A DNA stretch of 64,000 nt, from NCBI GenBank assembly GCA_040376995.1, contig JBEIPP010000001.1:3780-67779 (forward strand). The letters run 5' to 3'. Source of the stretch: Flavobacteriales bacterium (lineage in GTDB: Bacteria; Bacteroidota; Bacteroidia; B-17B0; Aurantibacillaceae). The notes under the pieces are model-generated. The model saw only the letters and a program-made list of their open reading frames with translations, did not search any database and was not told the DNA's origin. The translations under genes were made by a program, and so were the position numbers. Below are positions 1 through 10,724 of the stretch, piece after piece (within the stretch, counting starts at the first letter, position 1; every line of letters starts with the position of its first letter).

Positions 1-1
1 A

Positions 2-610
2 TTCTTTTATATTTTTTCTTGGGTAACGCAAGGCTCTTCATATTTGAACGCTCGTGCATATGCTATTTTACATCGTATGCATCATGCTTATAGCGATACT
101 GAAAAAGATCCTCATACCCCACATTTTTTTAAAGATGCTTATCACATGATGTTGCATACACGTGAAATCTATAATGATGTTTTAAATAAACGTATAGTTG
201 TAGAAGAAAAATTTGATCGTAATTTTCCAGAGTATCCGGTTATTGATAAAATAGCAGATAGCTGGTTTACACGTATTGCATTTGGTGTAGGGTATTTTGT
301 GTTTTATTGTTTTTTTGCAACACATTGGTGGATGTTTTTATTATTGCCAATTCACTTTTTAATTGGACCAATACAAGGGGCTATTGTAAATTGGGCAGGA
401 CATAAATATGGTTACCGTAATTTTGATGAGGGAGACAAATCTAGAAACACTTTATTTTGGGATATTTTAATGATGGGAGAATTGTTTCAAAATAATCATC
501 ATCATGCAGGTGCTAAACCTAATTTTGCAGTTAAATGGTATGAAGTAGACCCAACATATCCTGTTATTTTATTATTAGATAAAATTCGCGTCATTAAGTT
601 GGTGAGATAG
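2..610 (+). CDS. acyl-CoA/acyl-lipid (delta-9 type) fatty acid desaturase, 5' end upstream of the window
   Basis: Frame is open from nt 2 (..FSWVTQGSSYLNARAYAILHRMHHAYSD..), so the TTG at 44 is only an ORF-caller start. His boxes HRMHH and QNNHHH plus hydrophobic hairpin segments are the membrane desaturase signature. Confidence 0.85.
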   Translation, partial: FFYIFSWVTQGSSYLNARAYAILHRMHHAYSDTEKDPHTPHFFKDAYHMMLHTREIYNDVLNKRIVVEEKFDRNFPEYPVIDKIADSWFTRIAFGVGYFVFYCFFATHWWMFLLLPIHFLIGPIQGAIVNWAGHKYGYRNFDEGDKSRNTLFWDILMMGELFQNNHHHAGAKPNFAVKWYEVDPTYPVILLLDKIRVIKLVR

Positions 611-630
611 ATAACTATAATCTTATAAAT

Positions 631-667
631 AAAAAACCCTCTGAATAATAATTTAGAGGGTTTTTTA
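631..667. terminator. bidirectional rho-independent terminator between convergent desaturase and clpX
   Basis: A6 - CCCTCT (637-642) - 12 nt loop - AGAGGG (655-660) - T6. The GC stem is flanked by an A-run and a T-run, so it reads as a terminator on both strands. Confidence 0.7.
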
Positions 668-679
668 TTTAGGTATGCT

Positions 680-1921
680 TTATGCGACCTGTAACTGTGT
701 TAATCTTGCGTTTTTTAATTTATCTAAGGCATACTCTAAAGTAATAGTTAAGTTTTTTGGCGCTTTTTCATCGCTTGGCGCATCAAACATAAAATCTACC
801 ATTATCGATTCGCAAATACCACGTAGACCTCTAGCGCCTAATTTAAACTCTAATGCTTTATCTACAATAAGGTTTAACACTGCTTCATCAAATTCTAATT
901 TAATACCTTCCATTTTAAATAAATGCTTGTATTGTTTTATGAGCGCATTTTTAGGTTCTGTTAAAATAGATCGAAGAGTTGTTCTATCTAAGGGTTTTAA
1001 ATATGTTAAAACAGGTAAGCGTCCAATTAACTCAGGGATCAAACCAAATGATTTTAAATCTTGTGGAGATACGTATTGCAATAAATTGGCTTTATCAATT
1101 TCATCTTGTGCCACAGATGCTGAGTAACCAACCGCTTGTGTATTTAAACGTTGAGCAATTTTTTTATCAATACCATCAAAGGCCCCACCACAAATAAATA
1201 ATATATTACGTGTATTTACTTGAATCATTTTTGCATCTGGATGTTTTCGTCCACCCTGTGGCGGTACGTTTACAACAGAACCTTCTAATAATTTTAACAT
1301 AGCTTGTTGCACGCCTTCGCCACTTACATCACGTGTAATAGAAGGATTATCGCTTTTGCGAGCAATTTTATCAATTTCATCAATAAACACAATTCCTCTC
1401 TCGGCAGCAGCTACATCATAATCCGCTGCTTGCAATAAACGTGTTAATACATTTTCTACATCTTCGCCCACGTAACCTGCCTCAGTTAAAACTGTTGCAT
1501 CAGCAATACAAAAAGGAACATTTAATAATTTTGCAATGGTACGAGCCATTAAGGTTTTACCCGTTCCTGTTTCGCCAACTAAAATCACGTTTGATTTATC
1601 AATTTCAATTTCTTCTTTTGCATCAGCAACATGAGCCACACGCTTAAAGTGGTTGTAAACCGCCACACTCATTATTTTTTTTGCTTCGTCTTGACCAATA
1701 ATGTATTCATCCAAATGCTTTTTAATAGCATGTGGTTTTAATACATTTAAAGCATGTTGAACTTGTTGGTTACCTTGCGAGCCTGCTTCTTCATTTACGA
1801 TTTTAAAAGCTTGCGAAATACATTGGTCGCAAATATGACCAGTTACACCTGCAATTAAAACTTTAACTTCTTTCTTATCTCGTCCGCAAAACGAACAAAC
1901 TATTGGACCTGCTTTTGCCAT
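680..1921 (-). CDS. clpX: ATP-dependent Clp protease ATP-binding subunit ClpX
   Basis: N-terminal C4 zinc ribbon (CSFCGR..CDQC), Walker A GETGTGKT, Walker [15 protein letters not shown] sensor region. Full length at 413 aa. Confidence 0.97.
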   Translation of the reverse strand: MAKAGPIVCSFCGRDKKEVKVLIAGVTGHICDQCISQAFKIVNEEAGSQGNQQVQHALNVLKPHAIKKHLDEYIIGQDEAKKIMSVAVYNHFKRVAHVADAKEEIEIDKSNVILVGETGTGKTLMARTIAKLLNVPFCIADATVLTEAGYVGEDVENVLTRLLQAADYDVAAAERGIVFIDEIDKIARKSDNPSITRDVSGEGVQQAMLKLLEGSVVNVPPQGGRKHPDAKMIQVNTRNILFICGGAFDGIDKKIAQRLNTQAVGYSASVAQDEIDKANLLQYVSPQDLKSFGLIPELIGRLPVLTYLKPLDRTTLRSILTEPKNALIKQYKHLFKMEGIKLEFDEAVLNLIVDKALEFKLGARGLRGICESIMVDFMFDAPSDEKAPKNLTITLEYALDKLKNARLTQLQVA

Positions 1922-2067
1922 TTTAATATATTATCCAGCAAAAGTACAATAAAAGCATCAATCAAAAAACTACAAAACGTAGCAATTATAGCATCAAGCG
2001 CTATTTTGTAATTATAGAGACACTGAATTTTTTTATCGCCTAAAAAAGCTTTATTTTTGGTACACCC

Positions 2068-2775
2068 ATGAAAAAAGTCTTTTTATATTGTTTATTGCTT
2101 TTTAGTATTGTATTTACAGCTAATGCTCAAAAAGACAGCACTAAACCAAAGAAAACGGTATCGGAATTTGATATGAAAAATTATAAATCTGATCCTAACG
2201 ACAGATTAATTTTCGAAATAAATTATACGACTTGGATGGGAATATCTGAAGTTATAAAACCAGATTGGAAATGTATTGGTTTTGGTTTTTATACTTTGTT
2301 TGATAAACCGATTGCCAATTCAAATTTTAGCTTTGGATACGGATTAGGTTTTTATGGACATAATTATAGTTCAAATGCAAAATTTATTTATCAATTTGAC
2401 AGCTTAAGCAAGCAAACCGTAACTTTTATAGACATTAAAAAAGATTCTTATAAATCTAATAGATATAACGAACGTAGTATCGAATTGCCTTTAGAAATTA
2501 GGTTTAGAACCAAAACAAAAACCACATTTAAAATGATGTTAGGCGCTAGAATTGGGTACGTAGCTTCTAATTTTTTTAAAATTGATGATGCTAATGGAAA
2601 AATTAGAATGTATGATATTAAAAATATTAATCGTTTGCGTTATGGAATTAATTTTAGAATAGGTGTTGAGCAATTATGTTTAACAGCCAGTTATTATTTA
2701 AGTGAAGTGTTTACAGAAAGAGGGCCAAAAGGAATACACCCATTTAGTGTTGGCATTGCTATTATTCCTTATTAG
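2068..2775 (+). CDS. small outer-membrane beta-barrel protein (OMP_b-brl_2 / PorT-like)
   Basis: Signal peptide MKKVFLYCLLLFSIVFTANA, alternating amphipathic strand pattern, aromatic C-terminus (..GIAIIPY). Confidence 0.6.
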   Translation: MKKVFLYCLLLFSIVFTANAQKDSTKPKKTVSEFDMKNYKSDPNDRLIFEINYTTWMGISEVIKPDWKCIGFGFYTLFDKPIANSNFSFGYGLGFYGHNYSSNAKFIYQFDSLSKQTVTFIDIKKDSYKSNRYNERSIELPLEIRFRTKTKTTFKMMLGARIGYVASNFFKIDDANGKIRMYDIKNINRLRYGINFRIGVEQLCLTASYYLSEVFTERGPKGIHPFSVGIAIIPY

Positions 2776-2777
2776 AA

Positions 2778-3572
2778 TTAAATAATTGCAATAGGAATTT
2801 TTAATAAAAATAAAATTATTAAAACTCCTCCTACAATAATTCGGTACCAACCAAAGCCTTTAAAACCATGCTTATTTAAAAATCCAATAAAGGATTTAAT
2901 AGCAAGAAGTGCTACAATAAACGCAATTACATTTCCAAAAATTAAAATATTAATTTCTTGTCTGTTAAGAGAAATACCTTCTTTATAAAAGTCTAATAGT
3001 TTTTTAGCAGTAGCTGCAAACATGGTTGGCACAGCTAAAAAGAATGAAAACTCTGCTGCATTTTGTCTGGTTAATCCTTGTGTCATACCACCAATAATAG
3101 TACAAGCGCTTCGGCTCATGCCAGGCCACATCGCTAAACATTGGAATAATCCTATTTTTAAAGCTGTTGGGTAAGTAATGTCTTTTTCTTCGTTTTTCGA
3201 ATTATTTTTAAACCATTTATCTACGAACAATAATACAATTCCTCCAATAAACAAAGCTATAGCAACTCCAATTAAATTCTCTAAAGCAGCATCAATGTAA
3301 TCGCCTAATAATACGCCGAAAACAGCAGCAGGAATAAACGCTATAACTAATTTAATATAGAAGTTGATTGACTTAAAAAATCGTTTGAAATACAAAACAA
3401 CGACTGATAAAATAGCGCCTAATTGAATGGCGATGGTAAATAATTTCACAAAACGAGTAGCTTCTATTCCCAAAATAGCAGAGCCAATCATCATGTGACC
3501 CGTTGAAGAAATCGGCAAAAACTCAGTTAAGCCTTCAATAACGGCAATAATAAACGCTTCAAAATATGTCAT
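2778..3572 (-). CDS. uppP: undecaprenyl-diphosphate phosphatase (BacA/UppP)
   Basis: Eight hydrophobic segments. Signature motifs [14 protein letters not shown] and PGMSRS. Confidence 0.93.
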   Translation of the reverse strand: MTYFEAFIIAVIEGLTEFLPISSTGHMMIGSAILGIEATRFVKLFTIAIQLGAILSVVVLYFKRFFKSINFYIKLVIAFIPAAVFGVLLGDYIDAALENLIGVAIALFIGGIVLLFVDKWFKNNSKNEEKDITYPTALKIGLFQCLAMWPGMSRSACTIIGGMTQGLTRQNAAEFSFFLAVPTMFAATAKKLLDFYKEGISLNRQEINILIFGNVIAFIVALLAIKSFIGFLNKHGFKGFGWYRIIVGGVLIILFLLKIPIAII

Positions 3573-3598
3573 AAAAGAAAAAAGGGTAAAAAGAAGAA

Positions 3599-3835
3599 TT
3601 AAGCCTCTCCGTTTTTAGTTTTTGGACGCCACATAATGGCAACAATAACAGTAACAAAGCCCAACAGACAAACCATTGGTGCAATTGTAATACGTTGAGT
3701 ATCAAAAATTGCAGGATTAAACACATTTGGATCTTCGCTACCACCACCAATCATTAATAAATATCCAAGTATAATTAATACGATTCCTCCAATTAAGATT
3801 TGATAGTTTTGCTTTCCAAATGTTGTTTTCATCAC
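3599..3835 (-). CDS. small two-TM membrane protein (DUF3098-like)
   Basis: 78 aa with two hydrophobic helices. Sits directly upstream of uppP, as is typical in Bacteroidota. The overlapping ORF 3559..3750 is in another frame and judged spurious. Confidence 0.55.
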   Translation of the reverse strand: MMKTTFGKQNYQILIGGIVLIILGYLLMIGGGSEDPNVFNPAIFDTQRITIAPMVCLLGFVTVIVAIMWRPKTKNGEA

Positions 3836-3953
3836 GTGTGTTTTAGGAAAGCAAAGCTATTAAAAAACTTCGTTTTACAAAGACTTAAACCCTTAAAAAA
3901 CACATCATTTTTTCGTTAATTTTTCGTAATATTGCTATTCTATAAACAAAAAT

Positions 3954-5042
3954 ATGGGTAAAGTAGCATTAATTACAGGAGTAACAGGACAAGACGGAGC
4001 ATACCTTTCGGAATTGCTTTTAAGCAAAGGATATACAGTACATGGTGTAAAAAGAAGAAGTTCTTTATTTAATACGGATAGAATAGATCATTTATATCAA
4101 GATCAGCATGAAAAACATGTGAATTTTAAATTGCATCATGGCGATTTAACAGATAGTACAAACTTGATTAGAATAGTTCAAGAAGTACAACCTGATGAGA
4201 TTTATAATTTGGCGGCTATGTCGCACGTAAAAGTAAGTTTTGATACACCAGAATATACAGCAAATGCTGATGGTATTGGAACGTTAAGAATTTTAGAAGC
4301 TATTCGTATTTTAGGTTTAGAAAAGAAAACACGTTTTTATCAAGCATCTACATCTGAGTTATACGGATTAGTGCAAGAGGTTCCTCAAAAAGAAACTACT
4401 CCTTTTTATCCTCGCAGCCCTTATGGCGTAGCAAAATTATATGCGTTTTGGATTACTAAAAACTACCGCGAGGCATACGGTATGTTTGCTTGCAATGGTA
4501 TTTTGTTTAATCATGAAAGTCCATTACGTGGCGAAACATTTGTAACACGTAAAATTACTCGTGCCGCTGCAAAAATTAGGTTGGGATTACAAGATAAACT
4601 ATTTATGGGAAATATTGACTCTGAAAGAGATTGGGGTCATGCAAAAGATTATGTAGAAGGAATGTGGCGCATGTTGCAACAAGACGAACCTGAAGATTTT
4701 GTTTTAGCAACTGGGATTAAAATTACTGTTCGCGAATTTATTAATATGGCTTTTGCTGAGGTTGGTATTACTTTGAAGTGGGAAGGAAAAGACGAAAATG
4801 AAAAAGGGATTGATACTTCAACAGGTAAAGTGCTAGTAGAAATTGATCCAAAATATTACCGTCCGGCTGAGGTTGATTTATTAGTAGGTGATGCCACAAA
4901 AGCTAAAACAAAAATGGGTTGGACTCCAACTTATACAGTTGCGGCTTTATGTAAAGAAATGGTACACGCTGATGTGGAGTTGTTTAAACGAGATAAATAT
5001 TTGTTAGAAGGCGGACATAAAATATTAAACTACAAAGAATAA
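3954..5042 (+). CDS. gmd: GDP-mannose 4,6-dehydratase
   Basis: Rossmann motif [15 protein letters not shown], catalytic STSELYG and YGVAKLY (YxxxK), NHESPLRG motif. 362 aa. Confidence 0.96.
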   Translation: MGKVALITGVTGQDGAYLSELLLSKGYTVHGVKRRSSLFNTDRIDHLYQDQHEKHVNFKLHHGDLTDSTNLIRIVQEVQPDEIYNLAAMSHVKVSFDTPEYTANADGIGTLRILEAIRILGLEKKTRFYQASTSELYGLVQEVPQKETTPFYPRSPYGVAKLYAFWITKNYREAYGMFACNGILFNHESPLRGETFVTRKITRAAAKIRLGLQDKLFMGNIDSERDWGHAKDYVEGMWRMLQQDEPEDFVLATGIKITVREFINMAFAEVGITLKWEGKDENEKGIDTSTGKVLVEIDPKYYRPAEVDLLVGDATKAKTKMGWTPTYTVAALCKEMVHADVELFKRDKYLLEGGHKILNYKE

Positions 5043-5051
5043 AACATTAAA

Positions 5052-5077
5052 ACCTCCAAACGAATGGAGGTTTTTTT
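5052..5077 (+). terminator. hairpin plus T-run between gmd and fcl (terminator/attenuator)
   Basis: ACCTCCA (5052-5058) / TGGAGGT (5065-5071) followed by T7. Lies 22 nt upstream of the fcl ATG. Confidence 0.55.
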
Positions 5078-5099
5078 GAAACTACAAAAAACACGATAC

Positions 5100-6041
5100 A
5101 TGGAACTAAACTCCAAAATATATATAGCAGGCCATCGAGGAATGGTGGGTTCTGCTATTATGCGAAACTTACAAAACAAAGGGTATCATAATATCATTAC
5201 TCGCACATCTAAAGAATTAGACTTGCGCAATTCTCAAGCTGTTAGTGATTTTTTTACTACAGAAAAACCTCAATACGTTTTTTTAGCAGCCGCAAAAGTA
5301 GGAGGCATTCAAGCCAATAATATTTATAGAGCAGACTTTATTTATGAGAATTTAATGATTCAAAATAATGTGATTCATAACTCGTATTTAAATAATGTAA
5401 AAAAATTAATGTTTTTAGGAAGTTCTTGTATTTACCCTAAAATGGCTCCTCAACCTTTAAAGGAAGAGTATTTGCTAACAGGATTATTGGAAGAAACAAA
5501 CGAACCGTATGCTATTGCAAAAATTGCAGGTATTAAAATGTGCGAAAGCTACAAGCGTCAGTATGGCTGTAATTTTATTTCGGTGATGCCAACAAACCTG
5601 TACGGGCCAAATGATAATTATAACTTAAATAATTCTCATGTCTTGCCTGCTTTAATAAGAAAGTTTCATGATGCTAAAGAAAATAATTTACCGTCAGTAG
5701 AAATGTGGGGAACAGGAACTCCAATGCGTGAATTTTTGCACGCAGATGATTTAGGAGATGCTTGTGTGTTTTTGATGAATACGTACGATGGTGAAAAATT
5801 TGTTAATATTGGTTCGGGAACTGATTTAACTATAAAAAATTTGGCTTTATTGATAAAAGATATAGTTGGATTTAAAGGGGAAATAGTTCATGATTTATCT
5901 AAACCAGATGGAACGCCACGCAAATTAATGGATGTATCCTATTTACATTATTTAGGCTGGAAACATAAAATTGAATTACCTGAGGGTATCAAACAAGTGT
6001 ACGACGATTTTAAAAAGAAAGAAGGTGTTAAGGCATGGTAG
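5100..6041 (+). CDS. fcl: GDP-L-fucose synthase (GDP-4-keto-6-deoxymannose epimerase/reductase)
   Basis: [20 protein letters not shown] Rossmann start, [14 protein letters not shown] (YxxxK). The ORF-track start at 5064 would translate the terminator hairpin, so the ATG at 5100 is preferred. Confidence 0.93.
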   Translation: MELNSKIYIAGHRGMVGSAIMRNLQNKGYHNIITRTSKELDLRNSQAVSDFFTTEKPQYVFLAAAKVGGIQANNIYRADFIYENLMIQNNVIHNSYLNNVKKLMFLGSSCIYPKMAPQPLKEEYLLTGLLEETNEPYAIAKIAGIKMCESYKRQYGCNFISVMPTNLYGPNDNYNLNNSHVLPALIRKFHDAKENNLPSVEMWGTGTPMREFLHADDLGDACVFLMNTYDGEKFVNIGSGTDLTIKNLALLIKDIVGFKGEIVHDLSKPDGTPRKLMDVSYLHYLGWKHKIELPEGIKQVYDDFKKKEGVKAW

Positions 6042-7624
6042 ATAGAAAAAGTATGATTTTAGATATTAGATTTAGGAAGTGTTTATTTCTTTTGTCTTTT
6101 GTCTTTTGTCTTAAATCTCTTTCTCTTAAATCACAGTTTTATAATTTACCTAATGAGTATTTCTTTAATACATTTTCTCAGCGTCAATTAGCCCGTTTAG
6201 ATTCAGAACAAATACATTCTAGTATACAGCCTTACATTCCATTTTTTAATAAAAAGTATGAGTTTGTAGGCGATACTCACCAGTTATTTAAATATATAAG
6301 TGACGATCCTTTATTAGATAAAGTATTTTTCGATCATTTAATTCATATTAAACCAAAATCGGGTAAATATGAATTTAAAGTGGATCCATTATTAAATATC
6401 GAATTAGGTAGAGCGTATTATGATACAACTAGTATTCAACAACGAATTTCAACTAATACACGAGGCTTTATTGCTAGCGGTTCGATAGGAAAAGATTTTT
6501 ATTTTGAAACGATGTTTTCAGAAAACCAAAGTCAATTTCCTTATTATATATCAAAATATAATAATCAAACAAAAATAGTTCCAGGTCAGGGAAGATATAA
6601 AGTTTTTAAAACAACAGGTTACGATTATGCATTTTCCTCAGGATTTATTTCTTACCAACCATTTAAAAAATTAAACATTCAATTAGGACATGGTAAACAA
6701 AAAATTGGAAATGGATATCGTTCTATATTATTAAGTGATAATGCGTTTAATTACCCATATTTAAGAGTAACATCAGAGTGGTTCAAAGGAAAACTACAGT
6801 ACACAAATATTTATGCGGTGTTAATGAATTTAACAACTGGAGGAGCGCCTACACCCAAAAACACAGAACCTTTATTTCAAAAGAAAGCCGTGTCCTTTCA
6901 ATATTTAAGTTATAATGTAAATAAACGTATTAATATTGGCTTATTTCAAGGAATGATTTGGAATGCCGCTGATAGTATGAATAGACAGCATTTAGATTGG
7001 CAATATTTTAATCCTATCATTTTTTCAAATATTGGATTTTATGGATTAAACAATAAAAATAATATTATGATTGGCGCTACTGCTAATGTAAAAGTATCTA
7101 ACACAATTTCAGTTTATGGTCAATTGATGGGCGATGATTTAAGCAATACTTATTCAATTGGTAATGCATTTGGTTATCAGATTGGAGCAAAATATTTCGA
7201 TGCATTTAATATAAAAAATCTAATGGTTCAAGCAGAATATAATGATGTTGCAGAGGCTTCCTATAATAGCCCTTTTGGCACATATAGCAATCAAAGTTAT
7301 TCTCATTATAACCAAAATTTAGCATACACCTTAGGATATGGTAAGGAGCTTGTGTTATTAGGAGATTATAAATATAGAAGAGCCTTTATTAATGCTAAAC
7401 TAAATTTACAAAGGATGACGTTAAATAATTTTTCTTTATATAACAATACACTTACGAAAATACAATTAGGCTATACTATAAACACAGCATATAATTTTAG
7501 TGTATCTTTAGGATATAATTATCGTTACCAAGATTTTTTAGGGTTTAAGTCATCTAATAACAAAACAACATTTTATACTTTAAGTATAAAATCTAATTTA
7601 TATAATACTTATTACGATTTTTAA
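6035..7624 (+). CDS. outer-membrane protein, capsule-assembly Wzi-like (RemB-like), paralog 1
   Basis: Signal-peptide-like N-terminus (alternative ATG at 6053). Motif [17 protein letters not shown] resembles the Wzi G-x-G..SL-LSDNA..P motif. Beta-rich with C-terminal ..YNTYYDF. Paralogous to 8729..10351. Confidence 0.5.
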   Translation: MVDRKSMILDIRFRKCLFLLSFVFCLKSLSLKSQFYNLPNEYFFNTFSQRQLARLDSEQIHSSIQPYIPFFNKKYEFVGDTHQLFKYISDDPLLDKVFFDHLIHIKPKSGKYEFKVDPLLNIELGRAYYDTTSIQQRISTNTRGFIASGSIGKDFYFETMFSENQSQFPYYISKYNNQTKIVPGQGRYKVFKTTGYDYAFSSGFISYQPFKKLNIQLGHGKQKIGNGYRSILLSDNAFNYPYLRVTSEWFKGKLQYTNIYAVLMNLTTGGAPTPKNTEPLFQKKAVSFQYLSYNVNKRINIGLFQGMIWNAADSMNRQHLDWQYFNPIIFSNIGFYGLNNKNNIMIGATANVKVSNTISVYGQLMGDDLSNTYSIGNAFGYQIGAKYFDAFNIKNLMVQAEYNDVAEASYNSPFGTYSNQSYSHYNQNLAYTLGYGKELVLLGDYKYRRAFINAKLNLQRMTLNNFSLYNNTLTKIQLGYTINTAYNFSVSLGYNYRYQDFLGFKSSNNKTTFYTLSIKSNLYNTYYDF

Positions 7625-7634
7625 AATATAAAAT

Positions 7635-8720
7635 ATGGCAATATTAATTTTAGTATTTATTACAGCATTTGCAGTTGTTTTGTATTCTACTCCTGCGCTT
7701 ATAAAAGTGGCTGTTTTAAAAAGGTTAATTGATTTACCTACCGAAGAAAGAAAAATTCATAAGAGAGCAGTTCCAACTATTGGCGGAATTATTATTTATG
7801 CAGCTACATTATTTTCTTTTTCACTTTGGTATAGTATTGATGATATTCATGAGTACGATCAAATTTATGAATCAGTAAAAGAGTTTAAAATATTAGTAGC
7901 AACAAGTTTGGTATTGTTTTTTGTTGGCGTAAAAGATGATATTATTGGAACATCTCCAGTAAAAAAATTGTTTGCCAATATATTAGTTGGATTAATATTA
8001 GTACTGATGGGAGATATTAGAATAACAGGACTTCACGGTGTTTTTGGTGTAAATGAAATTCCACTTTGGGGAAGTATTTTTTTATCATTGTTTACATATA
8101 TTGTTGTAGTAAATGCTATGAATTTGATTGATGGCATTGATGGTTTAGCAGCAGGTGTTGGATTTATTGCTTCATCAGTTTTTGGTATATGGTTTATTTT
8201 TGCAAACGAATACACATTAGCATCTCTTTCTTTTTCCTTATCAGGAGCCTTGTTAGGATTTTTAATATTTAATTTCTCACCAGCAAAAATATTTATGGGT
8301 GATAGCGGATCTTTAATCATAGGAATGTTTATTTGTGTTTTAAGTATCAAGTTAATTGAATATCCTTTAGCTCGATTGGATGATTTTTGGATTCATATTT
8401 CTAAACCAATTTTTGTTGTAGCAGCATTGGCGTATCCACTAACAGATACATTAAGAATCTTTATTTTAAGAGCCGTAAAAGGGCAGTCGCCTTTTGCAGC
8501 AGACAGAAACCATTTACACCACCGCCTTTTAGATTGCGGATATTCCCACGCTAAAACAGTGATTATTATTTACATATTTAGCATAGTTACAGTTGGAGTC
8601 TCTTTACTTAGTTATTTTTTAAATCCAAGCCTTTCATTACTTGCTGTTTTAGGCACAAGTGGATTATTCATTCTTTTTGTTTCATTTTCTTACCAATCAG
8701 CAAAGAATAAAAAAAGCTAG
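7635..8720 (+). CDS. polyprenyl-phosphate HexNAc-1-phosphate transferase (MraY/WecA family, glycosyltransferase family 4)
   Basis: About 10 TM segments. Motifs VKDDIIG, NAMNLIDGIDGLAAG, FMGDSGSL, HLHHRL. Confidence 0.85.
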   Translation: MAILILVFITAFAVVLYSTPALIKVAVLKRLIDLPTEERKIHKRAVPTIGGIIIYAATLFSFSLWYSIDDIHEYDQIYESVKEFKILVATSLVLFFVGVKDDIIGTSPVKKLFANILVGLILVLMGDIRITGLHGVFGVNEIPLWGSIFLSLFTYIVVVNAMNLIDGIDGLAAGVGFIASSVFGIWFIFANEYTLASLSFSLSGALLGFLIFNFSPAKIFMGDSGSLIIGMFICVLSIKLIEYPLARLDDFWIHISKPIFVVAALAYPLTDTLRIFILRAVKGQSPFAADRNHLHHRLLDCGYSHAKTVIIIYIFSIVTVGVSLLSYFLNPSLSLLAVLGTSGLFILFVSFSYQSAKNKKS

Positions 8721-8728
8721 TATTAAAA

Positions 8729-10351
8729 TTGAAAAAGTGTAAAGACATATTTCGTCATGTATCATCTTTATATGTTACGTTTGTATTTTGTTTTTTTTCA
8801 GCGATTACTTTTTCTCAAACCGAACCTCAAGCCCAAAATATTTTTATTAATAACGAAAATCAAAACAACATAGATGCTTGGGATATAAAACAACCAAGTT
8901 TTGAATTTCATTCTTCATTTAAACCATATTTATCAGTAACCCTTCAAAATTATTCCGATACTTCTGTGAAGTATTTGCATTACGCTATTAAAAATACATT
9001 TTTGAGTAAAACTTATAATGAGGGTCCAAATAAACGAAATCAATACAACGTCCAAACTCTTCCAATTATTGATATCCAAACTGGATACGATTTATTGAAC
9101 TCTAAATTTGTTTTAGAATCAATCGGTGGAGCTCATGCCAAATTAAATATTAATAATGATTTTACATTTGCATTAACAGCTATTGGAGGTAAGGTTTCTT
9201 ACCCTAATTTTATTGATACGTCAATACAAACTACGGGGGTAATTCCAGGATTAGGAAGAGCGTTTAAAAATAGCGATGGAAGTTATAGTTTTTCTAATTT
9301 AACAGGTTATGTTTCTTATAGTCCAAATAAAACATTTAATTTTCAATTAGGAAAGGATAAACATTTTGTTGGAGAAGGCTATCGTTCGTTATTGCTTTCA
9401 GATTTTTCAAACAACAATCCTTATTTTGGCATCAATGCAAATATTTGGAGAATTCAATATAATGTGTGGTATTCTTGGATGAAAGATTTTTCGAGTTATG
9501 ATGGTTCTCAAAAAAGTTTGCAAAATAAATATGGAACATTTCATTATTTGAGTTTTAACGCACTTAAAGGATTGAACATTTCTTTCTTTGAAAATGTTGT
9601 TTGGCAAGGAACAGATACAAATCGTGTAAGAACGTTTGATGTCAATTATTTAAACCCAATCGTTTTTTATCGACCTCAAGAGTATTCAGTGGGCTCATCA
9701 GATAACTCAATGATGGGATTAAATATTTCTGCAAAACTTTTTGGCAAATTAAAGTTATATGCCCAAGTAGTAGCTGATGAATTCTTTTTTAAAGAAATTA
9801 AAGCACGTAAAGGATGGTGGGCAAATAAACAAGGTTGGCAGTTTGGAGCCAAGTATATTAATGCATTTAAAGTAAAGGGCTTGACTATTCAAGCTGAGTA
9901 TAATGAAGTTAGGCCTTACACTTATACACATGGAAGTGTTCAGCAAAATTATTCTAATTATAGTCAAGCATTAGCTCATCCATTTGGCGCTAACTTTAAA
10001 GAGTACCTAGGTTTTTTGAGTTATAGAGCAAATCGCTGGATGTTAAGTTTTCAAGGTATTTCAGCGACTATTGGTATGGATACATTGGGTTCGAATTTAG
10101 GGCAAAATATTTTTTTAAGTTATACAACCCGACCGTATGAATATGGGCATAAAACTACTCAAGGTAATAAAATGAAATTAATGCAAAGCGACATTAAATT
10201 TACTTACTATGTTATTCCACAAATGAATTTGAGAGTAGAGTTGGGATATATACAAAGAAGTATAAAAGATGATTTAGGGGATGAACTGCAATCTCCTTAC
10301 ATCTATTTTGGTGTAAAAACAAGTATACATAATTTTTATCGAGATTATTAA
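8729..10351 (+). CDS. outer-membrane protein, capsule-assembly Wzi-like (RemB-like), paralog 2
   Basis: TTG start and signal peptide. GEGYRSLLLSDFSNNNP, YLNPIVFYRP and IQAEYNEV motifs are collinear with paralog 1 (about 30% identity by eye). Confidence 0.5.
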   Translation: MKKCKDIFRHVSSLYVTFVFCFFSAITFSQTEPQAQNIFINNENQNNIDAWDIKQPSFEFHSSFKPYLSVTLQNYSDTSVKYLHYAIKNTFLSKTYNEGPNKRNQYNVQTLPIIDIQTGYDLLNSKFVLESIGGAHAKLNINNDFTFALTAIGGKVSYPNFIDTSIQTTGVIPGLGRAFKNSDGSYSFSNLTGYVSYSPNKTFNFQLGKDKHFVGEGYRSLLLSDFSNNNPYFGINANIWRIQYNVWYSWMKDFSSYDGSQKSLQNKYGTFHYLSFNALKGLNISFFENVVWQGTDTNRVRTFDVNYLNPIVFYRPQEYSVGSSDNSMMGLNISAKLFGKLKLYAQVVADEFFFKEIKARKGWWANKQGWQFGAKYINAFKVKGLTIQAEYNEVRPYTYTHGSVQQNYSNYSQALAHPFGANFKEYLGFLSYRANRWMLSFQGISATIGMDTLGSNLGQNIFLSYTTRPYEYGHKTTQGNKMKLMQSDIKFTYYVIPQMNLRVELGYIQRSIKDDLGDELQSPYIYFGVKTSIHNFYRDY

Positions 10352-10360
10352 TTTGTTGTA

Positions 10361-10711
10361 ATGGAACAATCGTTAGATAGCTTCTTTTTGAAAATTCCTG
10401 AACCTCAACAATCAACTTTACTGTTTCTTCGTCAGTTTTTAATAGAAGAAATAAAGCTTGAAGAAAGTTGGAAGTTTAACACCCCATTTTATTATTACAA
10501 AGGAAAATGGTTTTGTTATCTATCATACAGCGCCAAAAGGAAACATGAAATTTATATTGGATTTGTGAGAGGCTATCAAATTGAATATCCCAATTTAGTG
10601 AGTAAGGGTAGAAAACAAATTAAAATATATCGCATCAATCCTGAAAAAGATATTGATATAAGGGCACTCAAAAAAATCACGGACTTACTTAAAAAACTTT
10701 ATGAGTATTAA
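10361..10711 (+). CDS. DUF1801 (YdhG-like) domain protein
   Basis: 116 aa. The pattern FL..IPEPQQSTLLFLRQFL ... KGKWFCYL ... YIGF is typical of the DUF1801 family. Confidence 0.55.
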   Translation: MEQSLDSFFLKIPEPQQSTLLFLRQFLIEEIKLEESWKFNTPFYYYKGKWFCYLSYSAKRKHEIYIGFVRGYQIEYPNLVSKGRKQIKIYRINPEKDIDIRALKKITDLLKKLYEY

Positions 10712-10724
10712 ATTGTATTACAAA

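Noticed and set aside
675-1127. 150-aa ORF antisense to clpX (also 979-1197 and 1441-1647).
   Set aside because: It lies entirely inside the strongly supported clpX CDS on the opposite strand. The composition is low-complexity and there is no start context. This is a typical antisense shadow ORF.
3559-3750. 63-aa ORF overlapping the DUF3098-like gene and the uppP start.
   Set aside because: It is out of frame with, and largely inside, the better-supported 78-aa membrane protein. It is probably spurious.
5064-5099. N-terminal extension of fcl ([12 protein letters not shown]...).
   Set aside because: The extension is the translation of the gmd terminator hairpin and T-run. The Rossmann fold begins right after the ATG at 5100.
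8033-8350. 105-aa ORF antisense to the WecA-like transferase. Similar antisense ORFs occur at 9407-9607, 9755-9967, 22367-22654, 37619-37876, 39596-39799 and 40342-40578.
   Set aside because: All are nested in well-supported genes on the other strand and look like chance open frames.
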